Assembly: GCA_951406725.2 (NCBI GenBank)
Contig: OX597816.1
Span: 3,472,001-3,536,000 of the forward strand
Source of the DNA: Octopus vulgaris
Taxonomy: Eukaryota
Length of the DNA stretch: 64,000 nt
Direction of reading: 5' to 3'
Below are positions 50,673 to 64,000 of the stretch, piece after piece. The notes under the pieces were generated by a model. The model was not told the DNA's origin and did not search any database. It saw only the letters and a program-made list of their open reading frames with translations. How positions within the stretch are numbered: position 1 is the first letter of the stretch; every line of letters begins with the position of its first letter. A program made the position numbers and the translations under genes.

Positions 50673-51249
50673 ATGGTCAAATTCTTATATCTTCTCGTTT
50701 CTAGATATTCAATATTATTTAGCGCCTTCTTCATCTTCCGCATTATTTATATTTGATTTTAAAACTTTATTTCCAAAACCTAAAAAAACCCCATTTAAAA
50801 TGAAAAAAAGAAGCCCAAAAAAACTAAACAACTCATTTCAATGGTCGTATGTTTAAAATTTACAGTTCTACTGACGCCAGCCTCGTTGTGAGTAAACGAA
50901 AAGGAAAAACAAAACAAACTTATGACAGCTTCGAGAAGTTTATTACTTCTGTATGTGTTGACTGGTTGACTGGTTGGTCGGCTGGTTTGTTGGTTTGTTT
51001 ACATCAAAATTTCTCTTTATTCGTCCAGTTTTCTTTCTGCCATCCTTTTGCAAATAATCGTTTCACCCATCTTTCTTAGACTTTAGATTTGACCGAACTC
51101 TTCGAAATTACATTTACTAATGACATGCAATTAGCTTTGATGGGATTTCAACAGCTTTATTTGCATAACACACACACGCGCCCCCACAGACAGAATTTCA
51201 AGTACACAAACGAGGAACTAGTACTCTTCTCTTGGAGAGTACTCTTCTT

Positions 51250-51900
51250 GGGAACGCCCTCATTGGACACGTGAGCTAAGAGCATTTCTCTGGTCTTATC
51301 GTTGTAGAGAAGGTGAATGAGGATCACCCATAAAGCTGACTGACCATATTAAAAGTTTCCACCAGGTCAACGAAACAAGATACAAGTCCATGCTCTGACC
51401 AAAGCCTTTCCCTGCACTTCCCCAGTGAAAGTCCTACCCACCGTACTCAGTTCGGACGAGAAGCCTCATTGTAACCCCATCAGGTTTACTTCAGAATTGG
51501 AATGAATTTTTTCAGATTGACACGGGACAGGATTTTGCTCTTAGTGGAAAGCATGTAGATACCTCAAGAATTATCGCAGTTTCTTCAAGAGTCTGTGATC
51601 TCGAAGACAGTTAATATTGCAGCAGCCCACATGTCAAGTGGCATTTCCCCCTCTTTATAAACACTGACAAGGACATTGTAGGATGCCCCTAGTTCTTTGT
51701 CTTGCCACAACTCATGGGCTTGATGACCTTTTCCGGGGACAGGAAGTTGTTGATGTGCTTAGGTTCGACTTTTGGTTACTCAGAAATCTGATTAGAGTCG
51801 ACTGGTCGAAAGTGGGTGAGTGTTTCAGATGCTGGTTGAAATGCTCTCATCTTTAGGATTTGATGCTCCTTGATAAGTGAGGATCCATCCATAGCGAATG
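51250..51900 (-). mobile_element. Highly decayed RTE/BovB-like RT fragment
   Basis: Minus-strand relics MLSTKSKILSRVNL, LQ*GF and FVDLVETFNMV (cf. LLS..GKILARV.L, QCGFR, FVDL.KAFD.V). Confidence 0.6.
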
Positions 51901-52194
51901 GCGGAGTTGGATACGTATGTATGTATTTGTGTGCACGCGTGTGTGTATGTATGCATACATACATATGAATATGAATACACACACAAACACGCACCCCACC
52001 GCACATATATAAGGTACAGTTCAATAGATTCGTCAAAAAGCAAAATACGTTACCATAGGTTATGGACACTGTAAATCAGTACAGTTTTCGACGTATTTAC
52101 GCAGTCTTCAGAACTGGAGAATGCTGAGTTGGCAGGCCTTGTATTGAAAAGAAACACAGAAAGCGTTGTCGAGATATTACTGCTTTACGCGAGA

Positions 52195-52620
52195 AGGCGA
52201 GCTGGCAGAAACGTTAGCACGCCGGGCGAAATGCTTAGCGGCTTTTCGTCTGTCTTTACGTTCTGAGTTCAAATTCCGCCGAGGTCGACTTTGCCTTTCA
52301 TCCTTTCGGGGGTCGATAAATTAAGTACCAGTTACGCACTGGGGTCGATGTAATCGACTTAATCCCTTTGTATGTCCTTGTTTGTCCCCTCTATGTTTAG
52401 CCCCTTGTGGGTAGTAAAGAAATAAGAACCGTTAGCATGCTGAATTAAATACTTAACGCATTTCGCCCAATTTTACATTTTGAGCTCAAAATCCGCCGAT
52501 GTCGATCTTGTCTTCATATCTCCCCGGGGTCGATCAAATAAGTACCAGTTAAGCACTGGGATCGATGTAATCGATTTGATCCACCCCTCCGAAATTGCTG
52601 GCCTTGTGCCAAAATTTGAA
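52195..52620 (+). mobile_element. SINE type B (dimeric)
   Basis: Full head aaggcgagctggcagaaacg plus a second, diverged unit. Confidence 0.88.
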
Positions 52621-52847
52621 GCCGATATTAATACATTATCTAATGCACATGTGTTTCAGGAGACTGGCAGACATCAGTTACGTGAGCATAAAACCCAGTT
52701 ATGGGAGCGAATGCCGCTGACCCCCACCGAAAAATGGATCGGCGGCATTTGTTTACCTAACTGAGTTTTATGCCTTCGTAAGTATGTCTGCCAATCTCAT
52801 TGAAGAGGGATACATTACACAAAATATTAATACCGACTGCATTTTCT

Positions 52848-53550
<703 letters not shown>

Positions 53551-53730
53551 TTTGTCTGTCTGTCTGTCCGGCTATGTGTGTGTGTGTGTGTATATATACA
53601 TATACACACATGCACACACACGCACACACACACACACAGACACACATATATATCAGTCTTCGCATCGAAACTGTCGAAAATGTAATAAAAACGTACACAC
53701 AACATCTCTTTTAGCCTGTAGATAAAATGG

Positions 53731-53809
<79 letters not shown>

Positions 53810-54618
53810 CATGATTAATTACCTATGTGCAAGAAACAAACTACATATGTATCGTGATGTACTTAGCAGCTAATACAGCGTGAAGCAATGTGTTAAAAAA
53901 ACCTAAACATATTCTCATTATTTATTCCTAAATCACATAACAAATGTTTTTATTTATATCATACGAGCAGAAATAATACCGTAAAAAACAACCAAAATGT
54001 TAAGTGCGTTACTTAATTCGATAAAAATTGCTGCAGTAAATAGCAGAAAACAGAAATGTGTGCATGTGTGGTTTTATATGGCTTATATGAAGATGGTTTG
54101 TGCATTTCCGGTCGATAGCGTAATAAAATTTAATATACTATATTATGTTATGATAGAATATAATATGTAAAAGAAAGAGTGGAGAATATGAGGATTGGAA
54201 CCGTGCCAGACAATATGACGAGCGGTTTTTAGTTTCGTCCATAAACTTTTGGTTGTAATTCTCTGCGGGATCAACATCGCATTTCTGGTTTTTGGTCGGT
54301 AATATAATAAATTCCAGGCAAATGCAGGTTCGATATTATTATGCCATCAACCATAATTTGTGGGCTTACGCAATTGTAAAACTTAATGTAATGAGATAGA
54401 TAAATGAAAAAGAAATCGGGTTTTTGAGCCATGTATCTAATGGTGTGTATGTATCATTTGGAAAAAGAAATGGCTTTGTTAAATTCAAAATTACTAATTA
54501 TATTTAAAAATCAAAATAACAAATACAGATTAACACAGATCTGATCGAAGGAAATTAAAATTATTGTGTAAGCGCTTTACCCTGCTTTCAGCTTTTGAAA
54601 TTTGTGTTATAAAATAAC

Positions 54619-54696
<78 letters not shown>

Positions 54697-54698
<2 letters not shown>

Positions 54699-54890
54699 CC
54701 TCGTGTGTACCGTTGGCGATTTTTTCCTCTGTCTTCCCATCTCTGGATCTTTCCTTCTCCTATGTTTCCAACGAAGAGCTCCGCTCGAAACGTTAAACCC
54801 TCCTTCTTTCCTGAGCGTCCAATAATACTATATTTGTTCCACGTCCTCGCGTTGTTGTGTTTTTTTGTGTTTTCTTGTTTGGATTAACTT
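54697..54890 (+). mobile_element. Penelope-associated short repeat with a degenerate minimal hammerhead
   Basis: gttt-CCAACGA-a-gagc-tcc-gctc-GAAA-cg-TT-aaac at 54764-54798, between (TG)n and (TA)n. Confidence 0.55.
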
Positions 54891-55389
54891 TATATATATA
54901 TATATATATATGTATATTTAGGGATAAACCACTAGGTGTATAACCGTACGCTAGAAGAAGATCACATACAATCTAACTACAAAGAAAAATGTTCTCCAGA
55001 GAAAATTCAGCGAACACCAGATTGTGATGAAGAAGGGGAAAACAGCTTAGTGTGGTATGTAAAAGTTGCCGTAGAACCAGATGCATAAATATTTGTGCCT
55101 ACATGTATTGCGATATTCATTTTCCCCTTTCGTTCCCTTTCTTTCCGGTTGGTGGGTAACAGATTAGTTAGGCTGCTTAATCTTTTGCCAAGATGAAGTA
55201 ACGAATACATAATATAATTCACTTCATCAATGTAATGAGGAAAATCAGAACTCAATTAATATAAACTAATTTCTAGCGTATACATACGTAAACGATTTTC
55301 ATCGAAGCTTGGCTCCCTTTCTATTTCTATGCCTCGCTCCTGTAACTACACGGATATGTCTAAAACGGCGAGTTTAAATTTTGACACAC

Positions 55390-55588
55390 CTTCCCCCTAC
55401 AATTTCGGCGGAAGGGATAAATCAATTACATCGACCCCAGTGCTCAACTGGAACTTGTTTTATCGACCCCGAAAAGTTGAAAGACAAATTCAACCTAAGT
55501 GGAATTTGAACTCAGAACGTAAAAACGGACGAAAGGCCGCTAAGTATTTTCTCCGGCGTCTTAACAATTCTGACCGTTCGTCGCCTTG
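55390..55588 (-). mobile_element. SINE type B, diverged
   Basis: Family match. Confidence 0.75.
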
Positions 55589-56105
55589 AGATGTCTCAAA
55601 TATTAATGAATTCTTAGTGAAGGAACGACGTCTTCAAAGTGTGTAGATTTATTGGGTGAGAAATGAAATAGAACAGATGTTTGAATAAATATACTTAATT
55701 TCACTTCATCACGTTGGATCTATTCAATAAAATGAATGTGTGTATCTTCACCAGAGACATTAGAGTTCGTGAAGGTCTTCTTGCTAACATCTCAAGTGTT
55801 GTCGAATTTATTAAAAGTATTTTATTTCGTGGCCTGTTAATAATGGCCGACCAACAGCTATCGGTTATTTCACAGTTTCTAATTTAGAAAGCTTACTCCG
55901 TTAATGGTGTGGACGAATCACTCGATGGCCACTTTCTTTACTTTTTCCTAGGTTGGCAGACAGACGGGATTGCTTCACCAATTTTTCCTGCTCAGCAATT
56001 GAAGAAACTAGTGTTTAATGTAAAGTAAATTAAAATTAAATTCACTTTAGTGGTTACCTACCTACCTACCTACCTACCTACCTATCTACCTACCTACCTA
56101 CCTAC

Positions 56106-56190
<85 letters not shown>

Positions 56191-56192
<2 letters not shown>

Positions 56193-57290
56193 AGGGGATT
56201 AGTGGAGGGGAGGTACGACGACGAGCTCGGGGCGAACCTGGACGTCGACGAGGAGTACCTGACCCGCCTGTTCAGGACGACTTTCGGGCCAGGGCCCATG
56301 GACAACTTCCAGAAATCCCTGGCCTGGCAGTGCTATCGAGAAGCGCTACCCGTTCGGGATAAGCTCTACAGACACGGCTCGAGAAACACGGGGCCGACCT
56401 GCCCGAGATGCGGTCAGAGCGACGAAACCGTTCTGCACGCACTCGTGCAGTGTCCAACAATTTCCGACCTGTGGGCTTATGTCAAACAACTTCTGTCACG
56501 TGTGGGACGAGTCGGTTTATCAGCCGAGTCTATCGTTAATATCGTCACGCTTCCTTCCTTCAAACAGGAAGGAAGAGCTATTTTCATCATCCTTGTGGCT
56601 ATGGCGAAAGAATGTATCTGGTGGACGCGTCTGAAAGGATTGGAGACAAACACTTTCCTCTCTGGTCAATCTCTCATCAACTTCTTCAAGTACCACTTGA
56701 AAAGGAAAGTGAGAGTAGAGAGGCAAGTTTTGTCTAGCGAATGTTTTAAAAAAAGATGGGTGAATGTAGCAAGGATGGCACGTATGAATGACGAAGCCAC
56801 CTTGAGCATAATCCTATGAACCCAGAAATTGAAAACAGAGGGTTACCCACTTGCAAACAAATGTGGTAACATATAACAATATTGACCAAGGTTACCGTGG
56901 TCTTTTTCGTAGGCTTTTCTTCCCACGGATAAACCTTACTTGCTTTCCCCTTTACACCATATATCATAACACTATGATACACGATCCCTATTGATCGTTT
57001 TTTTTTTCCTCTTCCCCTTTTTTCCCCCTTTTTTCTTCTTTTTTCATTTCTCTTTTCTTTTGTTCCTTTTCCTTTTCTTTTTTTTTCTCTTTATTCTTTT
57101 TATTTTTTATTTTATTTATTTATTTTTGTTTTTTTTGTTCTTTTCTTCCCTTTTACGATCCCTCTTGATCGAAAACCTACGCCACCCCCCTTTTTTTCTT
57201 TTGTTTTTGTTTATTTCATCCCCCAAAAGAAAAGCTCTACCTTGTAACTTGTCCCATCTGTGTGCAGCCCTGTGTGGCCAATAAAGAAAC
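56191..57290 (+). mobile_element. Tx1/L1-group non-LTR retrotransposon 3' end (zf-RVT ORF2 C-terminus + 3'UTR)
   Basis: Open frame to 56819 with WQCYREALPVRDKL...CPRCGQSDETVLHALVQCP...W (CCHC zf-RVT). T-rich UTR ends aataaagaaac. (CTAT)/(CTAC)n on both sides. Confidence 0.88.
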
Positions 57291-57472
57291 TTATCTACCT
57301 GTCTGTCTGTGTCTCTCTTTCTACCTACCTACCTATCTGTCTGTCTGTCTCTCTCTACCTACCTACCTACCTACCTACCTACCTACCTACCTACCTACCT
57401 ATCTACCTATCTATCTATCCATCTATCCATCCATCCACCCACCCACACACCCACCCACACACCCACCCATCC

Positions 57473-57536
<64 letters not shown>

Positions 57537-59241
57537 CCATTTTCTTGTTATGCCAAGTTTTCTCCTGTTTTTCCCTTCCCTACTCTTCTTTTCTATATTT
57601 GGGGCTCTGTTGCATCATTCACTTTGAAGCTTCCCCGCATTTCCGCTGCTTCAAACGGTTCTTCTTCTTTCCCCTTCAAATAACTCGCAAAACTGTTCTC
57701 TTCTTCTGTTACTCAACGCTCTCAGCTCACCACTCCCCTTCACCCTTTACCCCTCTTTACACAACTCTTAGGATTCAGTTCCCCGTTCCTCGTCATTAGG
57801 TTACGCGTTCTCCGATCGATCTCTTGTCCTCCATCCTCATTGCTAAACATTACTCTTTGCCTTATTCCTCATCAAAAAGACGGCCCACGTGTCAATCGCT
57901 TTGATCTTATTGTGCACATTTAGCTTAGACTCTAACACGAGTCGGGCCCTCAGATACTATTACTATTAATATTATTGAATAATTATACGGAAATATGAGG
58001 CTGGAAGTATATTTTCGGCAAACAGGACATAATTAAAAACATTTCTTGAAAACGGCGTTGTTAGAATTGCAAAGTCAGTTTATGTTTTGGTTGCCGCCAT
58101 GACTTGAAATGATGCCCTGCCCCACAAGCTTTTCCTATTGAAATATGCATCAATCTCCAATGTGTGGGAAGCTTTTGACCGCGCATTGTATTTGCTCATA
58201 ATGATACTCAACAAAGATTGAACCTGGATCATGTGATTGCAAAACGGGTTCTAACTTCACGGCTACAGCCATCTCGGCTTCTGTGCTCATGTTTCCTTCT
58301 TCTGTTATAGAGTCATGTTATTTCAGCGGCTGAGAAAATGTTTGCGAGGCAAGCACGAACATATGTTATCGTTTCTTGTTTCTGCCAATCCAAAAATACA
58401 TTAATTTGATGATCACAAGGTCAAATTTAGCCAGTTGCGTCTGGAAAATTGCTGTCCATCAAGTTGAATTTCCTTTATTGCACAACATGAAAGAACAGAT
58501 TTATGCTTGAACAAGCGGCAGTATTATCGCATGTTGCTTGAAATAGGTAAAAGAGAGGAAGAAAAGAAGTGAGATGAAGATGAAAAAGAAAAGAAGATAA
58601 GTAAAACAGAAAGGGAAGAAAGAGAGAGAAAAAGAAATAAAAGTTGTAGAAGAAGAGAAAGAGAATGAAGAGGATGAAGTGGAATGAAATAAATGAAAGA
58701 CAGCTAACATGTAGAGTGTCCAAGATCAAGTGAAAACATGTTTTGATTTAATTTCTTAGGAGACGACCTGGACGCAGAGGGGAACGACATCATGTGTAGT
58801 TAGTCGGAAATTATGTCGGCTGTAGGCAGGGAAACTGAATTAATTAAACAACTCTGCGTTTACGATGGACGACAGACAGACAGAATTAGTGCTTCGATTT
58901 ACTTTGATTGGGAAGTAAAACGTTTAAAGAACGAAAATCTTTAGGTTCAAACGTTTCTGCATTTTCTGTTTTGCGTTTGCTGACGCACAAATTACATATG
59001 TATATGTATACATACATAAATACACACACACACATATATATAAATATACATATTTACATTACATACAAATATATAAACATACCTACATATATACTCGTAT
59101 ACATACACGCGTACATACATATACACATACATACAAACAAGTAATCACACGAACCTACAAATACATGCGTACATACATACACACATGCATGCGTAAATAT
59201 GTATGTTACATTACTTACGTACGTAACATACATTGAATACA

Positions 59242-59660
59242 TGCGCAGGAGTGGCTGTGTGGTAAGTAGCTTGCTAACCAACCACATGGTTCCGGGTTCA
59301 GTCCCACTGCGTGGCACCTTGGGCAAGTGTCTTCTACTATAGCCTCGGGCCGACCAAAGCCTTGTGAGTGGATTTGGTAGACGGAAACTGAAAGAAGCCC
59401 GTCGTATATATGTATATATGTATATATATATATATGCGTGTGTGTGTTTGTGTGAGTGTGTTTGTCCCCCTAGCATTGCTTGACAACCGATGCTGGTGTG
59501 TTTATGTCCCCGTTACTTAGCAGTTCGGCAAAAGAGACCGATATAATAAGTACTGGGCTTACAAAAGAATAAGTCCCGGGGTCGAGTTGCTCGATTAAAG
59601 GCGGTGCTCCAGCATGGCCGCAGTCAAATGACTGAAACAAGTAAAAGAGTAAAAGAGAGT
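59242..59660 (+). mobile_element. SINE type A, full length
   Basis: Closely similar to 29208-29610 and 12240-12646. Confidence 0.92.
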
Positions 59661-59691
59661 ATGCATACATATGTATATATGCATACACGAT

Positions 59692-59751
<60 letters not shown>

Positions 59752-59796
59752 CACATACTTACATACATATATACATACATACACATACATACATCA

Positions 59797-62017
59797 ACCA
59801 ATTCCTCCACGAGCATTGTGAGCCGAACAACACTATGACTGGTGGAAAGAAGGAGAGTGCGGGGATGTGCCGAACAGCTTCTACTAAACAAAGCTGTCGG
59901 AAGAAAACAACGCAGAAACCTTGCGACAGTATGGTTTGACGATAAGAAGACATTCGACTCTATTCCTCAGTCATGGCTGTTGAAGTGCCTGCACCCGGCA
60001 AAGTACCCACCACCATAATTGCTGCCATAGAGACACTCACAAAGAGGTGGACAACTCTTCTTACCCTTACAACTGAGAATAGAATAATTGTTTCTGATAG
60101 TATAGACATTACAAAAGTAATATTCCAGGGAGATAGTCTTTCAGTACTTCTTTTCATTTTGGTACTGAATCCATCATCGTTCCTACTGCAGAAAACTAAT
60201 GGTTACATGCTAGGATCTTCGACTTCAAGAAATATCAATGTAGCTCATAATTTCTTATGTAACTCATAATTTTATGCTAAAAGTCTTAACAATGCCAAAA
60301 AACAAAAAAACAAAACAAAAACAACCGGAATTAATAACAACATTTTCAGCTGATATAGACATGGAATTTGGCCAAAAGAAATGTTCATATTTGTTTATAC
60401 AAGGAACAAAGTCAGTCCCTCAAACCCAAAACCTGTGCATCAACAGTCTCTCTACCTCCCCCATTCCACACAAAGAATGTTACAAGTACCTTGGCATAGA
60501 TGAATATATATCATATGAGGGTACTGGGAATAAAAACAGAGTGACCCGAGAATATTACACCAGACTTGGGAGAATATGGCAGTCGGGACTCTCTTCTTAC
60601 AACAAAACAATATCCCACAATGCATTTGCAGTAACAGTTCTGATCCCAACATTTGGGATACTTGATTGGTCGGTAGAGGAAATTGACTCCATAGATATCA
60701 AAACCCGCAAAATCCTTACAACAACTGGGAACTTCCACAGAAGCAGTGGGTTAACAGGCTCTACCTAAGAAGAAATGAAGGTGGTAGAGGCCTGGGATCA
60801 GTGCAGACGGCCTTCGAATGCCGTGTGGTATCACTCAAGCAGCACCTGCTAAACAACACCAGCAAAAATAAATATATAAATGCAGTCCTGAAAAGTGAAG
60901 TGAGCAACATTGTAGGAGTTGGCAGTGAACTTTCCAGGAAGCACTTTCTTCCTGATAATCTCCTATACAACCCCAAAACAGCTGGGCTCTCTTACCTCTG
61001 AGAAGAACTGGATGGAAATCACTCAGCATACAAACCCCACCACAAAAAAAAAACAAAAAACAAACAACGATTATGCATGGGTTTGTTGCCCGGAAGCTTG
61101 AAGAAGACAATAGAATTGACACGAAGTACAGCTTCTCTTGGACACAAGACCACTACATCACATCATATTTCGAAGGTTATACGTTTGCAATTCAGGAACA
61201 GGAGATTTCCACAAAGTACCTGGTGAACAAGAGAGACAGTGACGCTCTTGTAATCCCAAGGCGCGATTGTATATCATGCTTGTGTGGGAGACGTCACGCA
61301 TGTGATTAACACCTGTCCTAAAACGTCGTCACGGTACTACCTCCCTATGTGGCACAATGTTGTCATTAAAACAATTTAAAATGCTATCCGCAAAAAAGAC
61401 TGTTCTAAAATAAACTTAGAAAATCCCTCTGTTATAGAATACCTTCACAAACACCAACTCAAGGAATACTGGTGGAATATTCCCATCAAAGCTTCTGTCA
61501 AATGTAAACGTAACAGGACGGATATTGTTGTTTGGGACAGAAGGGCAAAGCTATGTACCATCATAAAGGTCAGAGGGACAAAGGGACAGAGAGAAAGAGG
61601 TATGTACCATCATAGAGGTCAGCTGCCCTGCAGATATAAATATTTCTTTGAAAGTTCTTTGAAAGTCAAAGAAAAAGAGGATAACTATGGATAACTGCTT
61701 CGAAACCTCCAGCTTCGATATTCAGACTATGAACTCATATTCATACCAATAATAATTGGAGTACTAGGTTTTCTTAGTAAATGCTTAAAGGAGAATCTGG
61801 ATAAACTGGGACTTTCAGAAAGAGAAATCGACCGACTAATTCGTACATTACGAGTGCAATCTGTGAGTGGAACAGTAAAAATGTGCAAGAATTTTCTCAA
61901 GTTCCAAATGCAAATTTGTCCGTGTTAACTACATCCAAAAGATGGAGCCTTGTGTCTTTGTTGGAAACAGGCTCCCTCCTGAGTGGAAGATTTGTAATGA
62001 TTAAAAAATAAAAGAGA
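59797..62017 (+). mobile_element. R4/Dong-like non-LTR retrotransposon, 5'-truncated and decayed (RT + REL endonuclease)
   Basis: IFQGDSLSVLLF, YKYLGI, RLYLRRNEGGRGL, MHG, FAIQEQEISTK, DIVVWD, IIEVSCP; (CATA)n on both flanks. Confidence 0.9.
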
Positions 62018-62035
62018 CATACATGCATACATACA

Positions 62036-62066
<31 letters not shown>

Positions 62067-62396
62067 GTACGTACATACATACATACATACATACATATGT
62101 ACGTACATACATACATACATACATACATACATACATACAAACTCACAGGCATACACATTTATAAACCATTCTATAGATTATTAGTTGGTCTTGGACGATT
62201 TAATTGGCGTCAGTATCTAATTATCATTTATTTAATCAAAGTAAATTAGTTTATGAAATGCCGCAAGTCGTTTACTCAACCGCCCACCAAGAATTCGATA
62301 CAAACATATTCTTCATTGATCCGTGCATCCTCCATTTTTTTTGGATTCGTCAAAAATATAAATATTCCGTCATCTTGTTCTCTCGGTGTCTGTCCG

Positions 62397-62397
<1 letters not shown>

Positions 62398-62478
<81 letters not shown>

Positions 62479-62583
62479 CGTCTGTCTGTCTATCTATCTA
62501 TCTATCTATCTATCTACCCATCTATCTATCTATCTATCCGTATGTCTATCTATCTATCCGTCTGTCTGTCTGTTTATCTATCC

Positions 62584-62616
<33 letters not shown>

Positions 62617-62619
62617 CCG

Positions 62620-62674
<55 letters not shown>

Positions 62675-62675
62675 A
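62398..62675. repeat. (CTAT)n/(CTGT)n microsatellite
   Basis: Direct sequence. Confidence 0.9.
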
Positions 62676-63264
62676 ATCTTTCCGTCTGTCTGCTTTTTAT
62701 ATTGCGTCTGTGTGAGTGGTTGTATATATGTGTATATAACAAGTATATCATCCACACACGCACACATACACACACAAACAACCTCACAAACGCACACACG
62801 CACAGAGCCATGTATATATATTTATATATATATTTATACATATATGCCAACATACGTATATATGCACATATACACATACATACGTATACAAACATGCATG
62901 CATACATAAACACACGCACACACGCACACGTACACAAACACACACACACACACTATCATATACTATGAATTGAAAACCTCTTGCTCGTTCCTTCCCCGTT
63001 AAATTAATATCGCTTAGTTTGCGAGCGGCAGACGATAAGTGAAATAGAGTAACAAAGAGGTAATAAAGCAGCGCTTGAAACCTCGACCAAGTCTCTTCGG
63101 CCTCGTTAATATAACAGCGAAATATCTACGAGGGTCGCTACAAATATCGAAGATGATAGAGAAATCAAAAACATACAAATACGAGGAACAGCATTAGTAA
63201 AAAATAGATCCATCATCGCCGCCAACAAAAAGAAATGAAGAGAAGATATTTTATTTTAGTCACA

Positions 63265-63432
63265 TAGGCGCAAGCGTGGCTGTGTCGGTAAGAAGCTTGC
63301 TTCCCAACCACAGAGTTCCCTGTTCAATCCCACTGTATGGCATCTTGGGCAAGTGTCTTCTAATGTAGCCTCGGGATGACAAAAATCCTTGTGAGTGGAT
63401 TTGGTAAGACGGAAAATGAAAGAAGCCCATCG
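63265..63432 (+). mobile_element. SINE type A 5' half
   Basis: aggcgcaagcgtggctgtgtcggtaagaagc...ttgggcaagtgtcttc, running into (CA)n. Confidence 0.85.
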
Positions 63433-63446
63433 TACACACACACACA

Positions 63447-63497
<51 letters not shown>

Positions 63498-63854
63498 GGA
63501 AAATAGGACAAGGTAGAAAATGCTAAAATAATTTTATCCTGAAGACCATTTTAGTACCGGTTTCAGTCTTTGCGACATTTTCAACTTAGAGTAAAGCATG
63601 AAAAAACAATTAAATTGTGGAAAAATGAAATGAAATGTTTTTCTAAAAATATTTCCATAGTTTTCAAATACGTGGGGCATTTTCCTTTTTTCTGTCTATC
63701 TCTCTTTTACTTTTGTGAAGGCTTGGTAGGTAGGTAGGTAGGTAGGTAGTAGCAGATCTGAAGAATTATTTTAGCATTTTCCACCTTGTCCTATTTTCCT
63801 TATACATATCAACTCGTGCGTTACTTTTCAACATTCCACACACACACACGCACA

Positions 63855-63923
<69 letters not shown>

Positions 63924-63924
63924 A

Positions 63925-63968
<44 letters not shown>

Positions 63969-64000
63969 CCTGCACTGACGATTAAAAAGTGCATTTTGTG

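Noticed and set aside
52074-52118. Minus-strand CTGAAGA...GAAA hammerhead-like motif (similar weak ones near 22630-22670 and 43770-43810)
   Set aside because: Stem III or stem I does not pair convincingly.

Overview
Eukaryotic (animal) genomic DNA that is AT-rich and extremely rich in microsatellites and transposons. The SINE/LINE repertoire suggests a coleoid cephalopod such as Octopus; this is inference and was not checked against a database. Only one host coding segment is well supported: a 3' coding exon of a mitochondrial transcription termination factor (mTERF)-family gene at 6245-7372 (+). The rest is decayed mobile DNA: tRNA-derived SINEs of at least 4 types, RTE, CR1-like, R4/Dong, Tx1 and Penelope-like retroelements, and mariner, hAT, piggyBac-type MITE, Helitron and Helentron relics. 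Most listed ORFs are microsatellite artefacts. The main observations are: (1) a ~325-331 bp tandem array at ~20602-21820 in which each full unit carries a type I hammerhead ribozyme fold (retrozyme-like, possibly producing circular RNA), plus further Penelope-type minimal hammerheads elsewhere; (2) apparent partitioning of microsatellite targets among non-LTR retroelements (R4/Dong in (TAA)n, a second R4/Dong lineage in (CATA)n, Tx1 in (ATCT)n); (3) a SINE and CR1-like LINEs sharing a 3' tail with a covarying hairpin; (4) twin-priming-like inversions and a snap-back junction. All calls were made by eye, and element boundaries are approximate unless TSD/TIR positions are quoted.
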